A stretch of DNA of 64,000 bases from NCBI GenBank assembly GCA_044226625.1, contig JBGAGQ010000004.1, positions 1-64,000 on the forward strand, read 5' to 3'. Made by a program: the position numbers and the translations under genes. The DNA comes from Thermoanaerobaculia bacterium (lineage in GTDB: Bacteria > Acidobacteriota > Thermoanaerobaculia > Multivoradales > UBA5704). This document shows positions 9,499 to 17,333 of this stretch, in pieces (positions within the stretch are counted from its first letter, which is position 1; the number at the start of each line of letters is the position of its first letter). The notes beneath the pieces are model-generated. The model ran no database searches and had not been told where the DNA came from. It saw only the letters and a program-made list of their open reading frames with translations.

Positions 9499-10698
9499 TC
9501 AGTGCGAACCGGGCCGCGGGGTCTCGGGACGGTTCCAATCTCGGTCGGCGATGTCGGCGCGCGATCCCCGGCAGGCGTCGATCAGCCGGCGCAAGACGTC
9601 CATCGCACCCGGGATTCGCTCTCTCGGCAGACCGAGGAGCACGGAGAGCTCGCGGTTCGAGGGAAGCCGGTCCCCGACGAGCCCCCCTTCCTTCGCCCAG
9701 ATCCGAAGATAACCCCACAGCCGTTCGACCGGGCGGCGGCTTCGTTCGTCGCCCGGCATTCGCGCGACGGCCCGAACCACGCAGGCGACCAACGCGCGAA
9801 AGCCGTCGCGTTGCTCGAGCAGGAGGTCCGACGCGGGCTCGATCGCATCTGCGGTCTTCGCCCGGTCGCCCCATGCGGTCCCGTCCCCCGCGGACGCCGG
9901 GGCGGGCCCCGCGACGCCGAGGCGCTCGCGACCGCTCCCCAGGATAGTCGCCCAGCGGCCTCGGACCTCGGCCTTCAGCGGATCGATCAGCTCCTGGAAC
10001 GAAAAGACGTCGAATCCCTCGTCCCACAGCTCGACCAATCGCACTCGCAGCCGTTCGACAAGGGGGTCCTCTTTCCGTCCGGTCGCCGTGACGAGATCGG
10101 GCAAGAGATCGTCGCACCAGCGCGCCACCCGATGGGCGACTCGCTCCGCGCGATCCTGAACGGGAACGTCCTCCCCTCCGGAATTGAAGGTGAGCATCGT
10201 CTCGTTGCGGATCCGCGGATCGCCCGCGAGCACTGCCAGGTCCCCCTCCTCGACCGCAGCCCGGAGGGCCCGATGGAGCACCTGGAAGACACGGGCCCCG
10301 AGAGGGTCGCAATCGCGTTGCCGCTCGTGCACGAAGTGTCGGACGTTCAGATAGACCAGCCCTTCGATGTCGGGCTTGACCCGCAGCTGGGCGCCGAGCG
10401 ACCGGAGCCGATCGACGAAGATGTAGCTGAAGCAGTCGGCCAACAGCTCCTCGAGCGCCCCGCCGCGTCCTGAGGACCCCGGCTCCCATCGTTCGGCGCC
10501 ATAGACACCGAGATAGGTGGGCGAGGTTTCCCAAAGACCTCGTCGCTTGATTTCGGCACGGAGTGCCCGCTTGAGCTCGGCGAGGACCGGAACCACGTCC
10601 CGCTTCTCGGGCTCGGACGTGCGCACGTAATCCGTGAATACCCGGGACGTTTCGCCAAGCCCACGACCGCTTCCACCCTTCAAAGTGCGTCCATTCAA
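9499..10698 (-). CDS. Atypical sigma-70/ECF-like DNA-binding regulator
   Basis: Region-2-like EELLADCFSYIF...GLVYLNVRHFVHERQR; C-terminal HTH-like LPSNRELSVLLGLPRERIPGAMDVLRRLI; GC-rich codon pattern typical of coding DNA. Start uncertain (may be the GTG near 10640). Confidence 0.6.
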   Translation of the reverse strand: MNGRTLKGGSGRGLGETSRVFTDYVRTSEPEKRDVVPVLAELKRALRAEIKRRGLWETSPTYLGVYGAERWEPGSSGRGGALEELLADCFSYIFVDRLRSLGAQLRVKPDIEGLVYLNVRHFVHERQRDCDPLGARVFQVLHRALRAAVEEGDLAVLAGDPRIRNETMLTFNSGGEDVPVQDRAERVAHRVARWCDDLLPDLVTATGRKEDPLVERLRVRLVELWDEGFDVFSFQELIDPLKAEVRGRWATILGSGRERLGVAGPAPASAGDGTAWGDRAKTADAIEPASDLLLEQRDGFRALVACVVRAVARMPGDERSRRPVERLWGYLRIWAKEGGLVGDRLPSNRELSVLLGLPRERIPGAMDVLRRLIDACRGSRADIADRDWNRPETPRPGSH

Positions 10699-10874
10699 TC
10701 ACGAAGACGGGAGTTTTAGCCCCCTCCTCGTCGATCGATCCAGCCAGTTCCGAAAAACCGCGCGTTAGAAGCGTACGGAGGCGGCAAGCGGACCGCCACC
10801 GCAAATCGGGGATCCCCAAACCGCAAACCAAGAAGGTCTGCCGCGGCTCTCGTGGAGCCGCCAAGGGGAGCTCT

Positions 10875-11387
10875 ATGTCTACGAACGTCAATTCTTCGCC
10901 CGCATCCTGTCGCAATCGCGTTTCGCTCGTCGCCACCCTCGTCGCACTCGCGTTCTTCGCCTTTGCTTTCGGCGATCCCGCCGCCGCCGCCACCTGCGGC
11001 GAAGGGCTCGCGAGCTGGACCTCCGGAAGCCGTCTGGTCCACAGCATCACCACTTCGTCGAGCTATGCCAACGAGATCGACGAATGGGACAGCGACGTGG
11101 TGAAGATTCGCCACAACATCGCGGGCATGCTCGTGCTGGGCGCCAAGGGCGTCGCAATCTCCGGGACCCTCTACGTCTGGAACCCGGCGACCGAAGAAGC
11201 CGATGTGGTGGGAACCATGTCGCTCGGCGGCGGCTCGGGCAACACCTTCACGACCGCAGTGGACGTGGGTGACTACTGCCTCGAGATCGCTGACGACGAA
11301 TCGGAGGGCTACTACGAGCTGAACATCAACTTCCTCGACGGCTGCACCCTCGGTACCCTGTCTCCGACCTTCTGCGAGAATCAGTAA
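10875..11387 (+). CDS. Secreted Cys-containing protein, PPC-like beta-sandwich
   Basis: AAGGGGAG RBS; signal peptide (VSLVATLVALAFFAFAFGDPAAAA); beta-strand pattern ending GDYCLEI...GYYELNINF; followed by a terminator. Confidence 0.8.
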   Translation: MSTNVNSSPASCRNRVSLVATLVALAFFAFAFGDPAAAATCGEGLASWTSGSRLVHSITTSSSYANEIDEWDSDVVKIRHNIAGMLVLGAKGVAISGTLYVWNPATEEADVVGTMSLGGGSGNTFTTAVDVGDYCLEIADDESEGYYELNINFLDGCTLGTLSPTFCENQ

Positions 11388-11416
11388 CCCTCGCTCCAAG
11401 CCGCGGAACCCCGACG

Positions 11417-11447
11417 ACGCCGAGGTCCCAAGGGACCTCGGCGTTTT
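11417..11447. terminator. Intrinsic terminator, probably bidirectional
   Basis: Perfect inverted repeat ACGCCGAGGTCCC-AA-GGGACCTCGGCGT followed by TTT, between convergent genes. Confidence 0.8.
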
Positions 11448-11460
11448 CGTCTTCCCGGGC

Positions 11461-12423
11461 TTAAGCCTTGAGCCCGATCTCGGCAAGGCGCTGATTCAAG
11501 AAGTCGCCGGCGGAGATCGGCGGATACTTCGCGGGTTGGTCGTCGGTGACGAACCGGGGCAGAACCGACAGATCGGCCTTCGAGTAGGGATGGACGAAGA
11601 ACGGCATCGAGTAGCGCTCCCGGCCGGCGTCGCCGGGGTTGACCACCCGATGGGTGGTCGCCGGCACCACCCCGTTCAGGTGCCGGGAGAGCATGTCTCC
11701 CGCGTCGACCACGATCTCTCCCGGTCCAGTCTCGACCGGCAGCCATTCCCCCTCACGCGTGAGGATCTCCAATCCCGAATCGGTGGCCTCGCAGAGCAGG
11801 GTGATGAGGTTGATGTCTTCGTGCTCCGCGGCTCGCACCGCGCCCGGCGGCACCCCTTCGCCCAAGGCAGGGTAATGGAGAATGCGCAAGAGGCTGTTGC
11901 CATGGACCGTCATGTCGGCCAGCTGGCGCCGAGGAAGCCCGAAGTACTCGGCGAGCGCCTCGAGCAAGATCCGGGCGGTCGCTTCGAGCCGCCGATAGAG
12001 ATCGACCGTGGTGTCCCGGATCCCGGGGATCGAGGCAGGCCAGACGTTCGGGGGATAGGGTTCCCTGCCCGGATGGTCGTCCGGCAGAGCCGCGGCGGCA
12101 TCCGGTTCCTGGCCGACGTGGTAGAACTCCTTGAGGTCGGGCGTGGGGTTGTCTTTGGCGTGCTCCACCCCGAACGGGGTGAAGCCGCGGCTGCCGCTGG
12201 CGACGTAGCGCCTCTTCTCCTCTTCAGGCAGGTCAAAGAAACGCCGCCACAAATCGTAGGTCTTGCGGATCACGGCGGCGTCGACGCCGTGCGCTTCGAC
12301 GTTCAGGAACCCGAACTCGACCAGACCGGCGCCGAGCGTATCGATCATCTGCGTCCGCCGCTCGGGGGTACCCGACCGGTAGTCGTCCAAGTTGACGCTG
12401 GGAATGTTGCGAGCTGCGGCCAT
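11461..12423 (-). CDS. Isopenicillin-N-synthase-family 2OG-Fe(II) oxygenase
   Basis: GFLNVEAHGV, DLKEFYHVG, HEDINLITLL (HxD), THRVVNP, RYSMPFF; ATG 12423 with GGAG RBS. Confidence 0.9.
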   Translation of the reverse strand: MAAARNIPSVNLDDYRSGTPERRTQMIDTLGAGLVEFGFLNVEAHGVDAAVIRKTYDLWRRFFDLPEEEKRRYVASGSRGFTPFGVEHAKDNPTPDLKEFYHVGQEPDAAAALPDDHPGREPYPPNVWPASIPGIRDTTVDLYRRLEATARILLEALAEYFGLPRRQLADMTVHGNSLLRILHYPALGEGVPPGAVRAAEHEDINLITLLCEATDSGLEILTREGEWLPVETGPGEIVVDAGDMLSRHLNGVVPATTHRVVNPGDAGRERYSMPFFVHPYSKADLSVLPRFVTDDQPAKYPPISAGDFLNQRLAEIGLKA

Positions 12424-12513
12424 CGCGGGACTCTCCTCGAAGGTTGTACGGGGGACCGTGCGGACCAACGAGGAGAGTTTACCAGGCGATGCGAGAAGGG
12501 CTTCGAGACGGGC

Positions 12514-14238
12514 CTATACCCGAACGCTTTCGGTCCGGACGAAGGAGGCGGCCATCGCCTCGGGATCGATCCGGGGCACGTCGAACTCCACCTTCCCCGC
12601 GTCGAGCTTGATCAGCCGGTCCGCCACGTCGTAGTAGTGATCGTCGTGACTGATGACGAAGACGGTCTTTCCCCGGCGTTTCAGCTCGGGCAACAGCTCG
12701 CGGTAGAAGATCTGCTTGAAGTAAGGATCCTGGTCCGCCGCCCACTCGTCGAACAGATAGATCGGTCGATCTTCGAGGTAAGCCGCGAGCAGGGCGAGCC
12801 GCTTGCGTTGGCCTTGCGAGAGTTCCAGGGTCGACAATCGTGCGCCGCTGACTCGGACCTTGGAAGAGAGGCGGAGGCGCTCCAGATAGTGGACGGCGTG
12901 CGCGTCGAGCTCATCGGCCGAAGCTCCCGTTCCGACCAGTCGGTCGAACAGATGGAAGTCGGAAAACACCACCGCGAAATGGTCGCGGTAGTCCGCACGA
13001 TCCGCATCGCTCACCGTCCGGCCCGCGAGTCGAATCTCGCCCACTTCCGGCGGATACAGGCCGAGCAGGATCTTCGCGAGAGTCGTCTTGCCGCTTCCGT
13101 TGCCGCCGACCAGGAACACAATTTCCCCCGGTACGAATCGGAGGTCGAGCGGTCCCAGCGTGAAACTCTCGCTCTCTCCCCCGGCGCCTTCCGCGCGGTA
13201 GGTATGGACGATCCCGGACAGCTCGATCGACTTCCAATCCGCGTCGAGATCTTGTGGCGCTCGCGCGAGGCCGGGAGCCTCGATCGCCTCGTGGGCGAGC
13301 GATAGACCCAACCTCTCGACCGCCCGCGCCGAAACCACCGCGCGGCCGATCAGGGGCAGCATGTTGAGAAGGATCTCGAGGGGAGTCATCAGTTGGAAAA
13401 GGACGAGCGCGGTCCCCACCAGCGTCGCCGCCGGCATCTCCTGCCCCCGGGGCACGACGAAGATGATCAGGCCCAGGAGAAGGAAGAAGACGATCTGTCC
13501 CCAGCTCGCCGCGACGGCGAAGAGCAACCCTCCACGTTTGGCCTCGCGCTGAAGCGTCCGCGCGTTGATCTCGACGTCGGCCATGTAGGACTCGCGCCGA
13601 AGGCCGTGCATCTTGAGCTCTTTGGTCCCTTCGGTGAGCCCCCGGAGGTTCTTGAGCACGCCGTCCATCTCTTTCCGGACGCGGTCGAAATAGACCATTC
13701 CCCGATCGACCGGAAAGCGGTACGTCGCCACCCCGAAGACCATGAAAAGGAGGACGTACGACAGGGCCGTCGGAGAGAGCCAGCCGAGGTACCCGAGGCA
13801 GCCGATCACGATCGCGACGTGCATGAAGAGCAACGGAAGCTGGGTCAGAGCCTCGACGATCTGATTGATGTCGTTGGTGAGGACGGTCATCAACCGGTGG
13901 GGACCGATGGTCTCCAGCTGGCGCAAAGGCGCGGCGAGGACGCGGCGGGCGAGGGCGATGCGCGCCTGCAGCATGCTGCGCTGCGACAGGTGAAGCAGCA
14001 GATACTGCGACGTCATTCGGAAGAGCGGCAGCAGAGCGCACAACCCGATGAACCGCCAACCGAGGCCGGAGGCCGGCCCGCCGTGCGCGATCGCCGAGTT
14101 GAGCGTCGCCACCAATGCCGTGTTCGACAGACCACTCGCAACGCCTGCGAGGATGACCCCGGCGATCAGCAATCCCGAGAACGGAACGCCGCGCGAAAGC
14201 CGGCGCAGGAACGACAGCAGCGCGACGAGATCAGCCAT
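12514..14238 (-). CDS. Cyclic-peptide export ABC transporter (PvdE/SyrD/YojI family), fused TMD+NBD
   Basis: Six TM segments; GTKELK; GGNGSGKTT Walker A; LSQGQRKRLAL; DEWAADQDP family signature; ISHDD. Start MADLVALL at 14238 overlaps the TauD stop. Confidence 0.93.
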   Translation of the reverse strand: MADLVALLSFLRRLSRGVPFSGLLIAGVILAGVASGLSNTALVATLNSAIAHGGPASGLGWRFIGLCALLPLFRMTSQYLLLHLSQRSMLQARIALARRVLAAPLRQLETIGPHRLMTVLTNDINQIVEALTQLPLLFMHVAIVIGCLGYLGWLSPTALSYVLLFMVFGVATYRFPVDRGMVYFDRVRKEMDGVLKNLRGLTEGTKELKMHGLRRESYMADVEINARTLQREAKRGGLLFAVAASWGQIVFFLLLGLIIFVVPRGQEMPAATLVGTALVLFQLMTPLEILLNMLPLIGRAVVSARAVERLGLSLAHEAIEAPGLARAPQDLDADWKSIELSGIVHTYRAEGAGGESESFTLGPLDLRFVPGEIVFLVGGNGSGKTTLAKILLGLYPPEVGEIRLAGRTVSDADRADYRDHFAVVFSDFHLFDRLVGTGASADELDAHAVHYLERLRLSSKVRVSGARLSTLELSQGQRKRLALLAAYLEDRPIYLFDEWAADQDPYFKQIFYRELLPELKRRGKTVFVISHDDHYYDVADRLIKLDAGKVEFDVPRIDPEAMAASFVRTESVRV

Positions 14239-15325
14239 GCAGCGCCACCGCGGTGGCGGCATCGTCCACCAAGACCGGAGAGAGCTCGGACCAGGTCTTG
14301 GGGTCGGCCATCGCGACGAGGACCTTGCGCTCGCCGGTGAAGGGCGAGCGACCGTGCGCCGAGAGCATGTTGTCGAGCACCAGCAGGTCGCCGGGTTCCC
14401 AAAGGAACTTGATCGTCTCGGCGTCGTAACAGGCGCGCAAGTGGTCGAGCACGTCGTCTTCGATCGGCGACCCGTCGCCATAGTAGGTATGGGTGGGCAG
14501 ATCTTCGATCTCGAACTCGTCGAGCAAGGCGTCGCGAACGATCGGTGTCATCGTCGACAGGTTGAAGAACGTCGCGTGGTTGAACCAGACCAGCTCGCCG
14601 GTATAGGGATGACGCGAGACGGCGGGACGGACGGCTCGGGTACGCAACCGGTCGCCCTCTTTCCACTCGACCTGGATGCCGTTCTTCGCGCAATGCGCTT
14701 CGACCTGCGCGCGATCGTCGGTCTGAAACACCTCGCGCCATGCGAGCCCGAAGCCGTCGCCGAAGTTGCGGACGTACGTCCACTTCTTTTCGACGAACTT
14801 CTTGCGAACTTCCGGATCGATCCGCTGGTAGATGCGACGGGTGTCGGCGATCGGCGTCTCTCCCCCTTCCTTGGCGCAGATGTAGGAGAAGAAGCCGATG
14901 CGCATCGGCCAGACGTTCTGGTAGGAGTTCTCGTTGTGCAAGAAGATCGGCTGATCGGGCGGATAGTCGGTCGACGTATAGACCTTGCCGGCCACCGCGT
15001 GACGGGGCGAAGAGCGCTCCTTGTACTCCAGCATGTCTCCCGCGATGGCGCGGAAGGCACGCTCGAAGTCGGCGATCTCCTTGAGCGGGAAACCGCGGAA
15101 CAGCAGGCCACCATGGCGGTAGAGCTGGTCGGTGAGCTGATCCCGGTGCGCCTCGGCCCAGGCGAGGAGGTCGACACCGGGGACGGCGGGCCGCAAGACG
15201 ACCGGCAGCGTCCCACCGCCGGGAAGCGATCCAAAATGCACGAGGTCGTCGGTCGATACGCTCACGGCACGCCGGATGGGCTGGCCGATCGAAGACAGCG
15301 AAGGTTTGGTCGTACTTTCGGTCAT
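14231..15325 (-). CDS. TauD/TfdA-family dioxygenase, SyrP-like (amino-acid beta-hydroxylase)
   Basis: GGLLFRGF, YTSTDYP, IFLHNENSY (HxE), GGETPIAD, WFNHATFF, DNMLSAHGR. Confidence 0.9.
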   Translation of the reverse strand: MTESTTKPSLSSIGQPIRRAVSVSTDDLVHFGSLPGGGTLPVVLRPAVPGVDLLAWAEAHRDQLTDQLYRHGGLLFRGFPLKEIADFERAFRAIAGDMLEYKERSSPRHAVAGKVYTSTDYPPDQPIFLHNENSYQNVWPMRIGFFSYICAKEGGETPIADTRRIYQRIDPEVRKKFVEKKWTYVRNFGDGFGLAWREVFQTDDRAQVEAHCAKNGIQVEWKEGDRLRTRAVRPAVSRHPYTGELVWFNHATFFNLSTMTPIVRDALLDEFEIEDLPTHTYYGDGSPIEDDVLDHLRACYDAETIKFLWEPGDLLVLDNMLSAHGRSPFTGERKVLVAMADPKTWSELSPVLVDDAATAVALHG

Positions 15326-15534
15326 TGAAAGGGCTCCGTCAGGAAAGCGGGAAAGAGGCGCACGATTCCTGCCTGTAGTAGTGGGGGGAGCCGGGGCAAG
15401 CGAGACATGAAAGGGCCGTTCGTCCCAGGTCCGAGGGGTTCGGTCACAAAGAGTCTTCGCAGATGTGCGCTCGCGCGAACCCCCTCCATAGAATCGAGGC
15501 GAGAGAGGGGCAAACCACGACGAAGGAGTTCATC

Positions 15535-15696
15535 ATGCAGAAGAAAGCCCGCAAACTCGAGCTCGGCCGCGAGACCCTCCGACTCCTGGAGATGAACCCC
15601 GGCACCCCCGTCCTCGGCGGCGCGCTGACCGACACCTGCACCCAGCGGGAGAGCTGCGGCGGCACTTGCCTGAGCCGCTGTACGAGCTGCTGCTAG
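15535..15696 (+). CDS. RiPP precursor peptide A1 (53 aa): double-Gly leader plus Cys/Thr/Ser-rich core
   Basis: AAGGAG RBS; MQKKARKLELGRETLRLLEMNPGTPVLGG|ALTDTCTQRESCGGTCLSRCTSCC; LxLxRx5L leader motif. Confidence 0.88.
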   Translation: MQKKARKLELGRETLRLLEMNPGTPVLGGALTDTCTQRESCGGTCLSRCTSCC

Positions 15697-15791
15697 ACGG
15701 CCGAGCCCCGGGCGCCCACGCCTCCAGCGGGGCGCCCATCCCGCCCAGATGACGGTCGGATCCCATAGAATCCTCCCGATCGAAGCCCCTT

Positions 15792-16991
15792 ATGAACTGG
15801 AACTCTCGCTACCGGACCACCGGCTCGCTGACGTTCGCCCTCACCCCATCGGGCAAGCTCGTCGCCACCCACTCGATCTCCCGCCCCCCCCAGGAAGTCG
15901 ACCTCGATGCGATGCCGGTCCTCCGGGCTTTCGCTCCGGGCGCCACCTCGCGCGAGGTCTTCGACCGATTGGCCGAGGACTGGGAGGTCGAGGAAGCCGG
16001 CTTCGAGATCGTCGTCCAGACACTGGTCGAGCAAAATCTTCTCACCCCCGAAGGGTCCGAGGCGACCTCGCTCGCCACCTCGGGGTTCGCCTCGCCGCTC
16101 TCCCACCACCACATGCTGAGAGACGATCTCCGGGTCTCGGCCTACCGCCAGGCGATTGAGCGCCATTGCGCGGGGCGAAAGGTACTCGAGATCGGCTGCG
16201 GCACGGGAATCCTCTCCCTGTTCGCCGCCCGCGCCGGCGCTCTCTCGGTCGACGCGATCGAGGAGAGCACGATCGCCGAGGCCGCGGCGGAGCTGTTCGC
16301 GGCCAACGCTCCCTTCGGCGCCAAGATCGCCCTTCACCGAGGCAACAGCCGGGACGTCGCGCTGGATGCCCAGGCCGAGATCCTGATTCACGAGCTCTTC
16401 GGGACGGATCCCTTCGAGGAGAACCTACTCCCCGCCCTGGCGGATGCTCGAGAGCGCCTACTCCTCCCCGGATCACGATTCCTTCCCGCGCGCCTGGAGG
16501 TCGCCTGCATAGGAATCGACGCCGGGGCGAGCGGCGTCACGGACCCCCGCAAGATTGTGAACGAGGCTCTCGAGTACGCCGGTCGTTTCGGCCTCGAAAT
16601 GGCCCCCTGGCTCGCGCGGCTCGCTCAGGTCGATCCGCAAAGCCTCCGCGCCACCGCGCGCGCCACCTCGTTTGTGGTGCTCTCGACCGAGTGCCGGCTC
16701 CTCGCGCTCGATTTCGCGGCCGACGACCTCGCTACTCCATCGCTGGTGGCCACTCCACGCTTCCGGATCCAGAATGCCGGCACCTTGAGCGCTCTCGTCG
16801 TGTTCTTCCGGGCCACTTTCGACGAGGACATCGCGATCTCGACTGCACCGGACGCGCCCGGCACGCACTGGGGGCACGACTTACGGATCCTGCCGGTATC
16901 GCGCGAAGTTGCGCCGGGCGACGAGATTCCCTTGGTCGCGACGCTCGAAGGGGCGTACGGCCGCCAGAAGCTCAAGGTGGGCCTCGCCTGA
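15792..16991 (+). CDS. PRMT-like SAM-dependent (arginine) methyltransferase with N-terminal RRE/PqqD-like domain
   Basis: HHMLRDDLRVSAYRQAI, VLEIGCGTGILSLFAARAGA, double-E loop ELFGTDPFEE, THW loop GTHWG; N-terminal ~90 aa strand+helix pattern ending LVEQNLL. Confidence 0.85.
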   Translation: MNWNSRYRTTGSLTFALTPSGKLVATHSISRPPQEVDLDAMPVLRAFAPGATSREVFDRLAEDWEVEEAGFEIVVQTLVEQNLLTPEGSEATSLATSGFASPLSHHHMLRDDLRVSAYRQAIERHCAGRKVLEIGCGTGILSLFAARAGALSVDAIEESTIAEAAAELFAANAPFGAKIALHRGNSRDVALDAQAEILIHELFGTDPFEENLLPALADARERLLLPGSRFLPARLEVACIGIDAGASGVTDPRKIVNEALEYAGRFGLEMAPWLARLAQVDPQSLRATARATSFVVLSTECRLLALDFAADDLATPSLVATPRFRIQNAGTLSALVVFFRATFDEDIAISTAPDAPGTHWGHDLRILPVSREVAPGDEIPLVATLEGAYGRQKLKVGLA

Positions 16992-17114
16992 CATCCGCGA
17001 GCGGACGAGAGCTCAGCGGTTCGCTTTCGCCCATCACCGACACCTTCTTTTCTATAGAGACGCTACGCCGCGAGACCTCACTCCGGCGAGTACGTCTCCC
17101 CAAAGGAGCCCTCG

Positions 17115-17282
17115 GTGAAGAAGAAACTCTCCAAGCTCGCGCTCAGCCGTGAAACCGTCCGCCGCCTGGAACCGTCCCAGCGCAGCCTCGTCGCAGGGGG
17201 CTTCACCGAGGTCGAGACCTGCGGATTCACCTGCAAAGAGAGCTGCGGCGAGCGGACGCGCTGCTCGATCTGCTGTTTCTAA
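17115..17282 (+). CDS. RiPP precursor peptide A2 (55 aa), absent from the ORF track
   Basis: AAAGGAG RBS, GTG start; MKKKLSKLALSRETVRRLEPSQRSLVAGG|FTEVETCGFTCKESCGERTRCSICCF-stop; paralogous to A1. Confidence 0.88.
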   Translation: MKKKLSKLALSRETVRRLEPSQRSLVAGGFTEVETCGFTCKESCGERTRCSICCF

Positions 17283-17290
17283 CCCCCCGA

Positions 17291-17320
17291 TTCGGCCCGC
17301 CGTCCGTCGCGCGGGCCGAA
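17291..17320. terminator. Hairpin between convergent precursor A2 and pstB
   Basis: TTCGGCCCGC-N10-GCGGGCCGAA perfect 10-bp stem; no strong U tract. Confidence 0.6.
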
Positions 17321-17333
17321 GCTAACCCTCGGA

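Noticed and set aside
5085-10698. Type III-E CRISPR (Craspase) locus suggested by CHAT plus sigma
   Set aside because: No Cas7-11/gRAMP, cas1 or repeat-spacer array in the window, and the CHAT protein has a lipoprotein signal.
9470-11053. N-terminal 528 aa of the 863-aa ORF 8462..11053
   Set aside because: Arg/Gly/Pro-rich shadow translation overlapping the better genes 9499..10698 (-) and 10875..11387 (+); the real protein starts at 9469.
15535-17282. Calling the peptides conventional lanthipeptides or simple metallothioneins
   Set aside because: No LanB/C/M/KC is encoded here, so lanthionine formation cannot be supported. A conserved leader plus GG site and an RRE-bearing neighbour argue against a plain metallothionein. 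Both remain possible alternatives.
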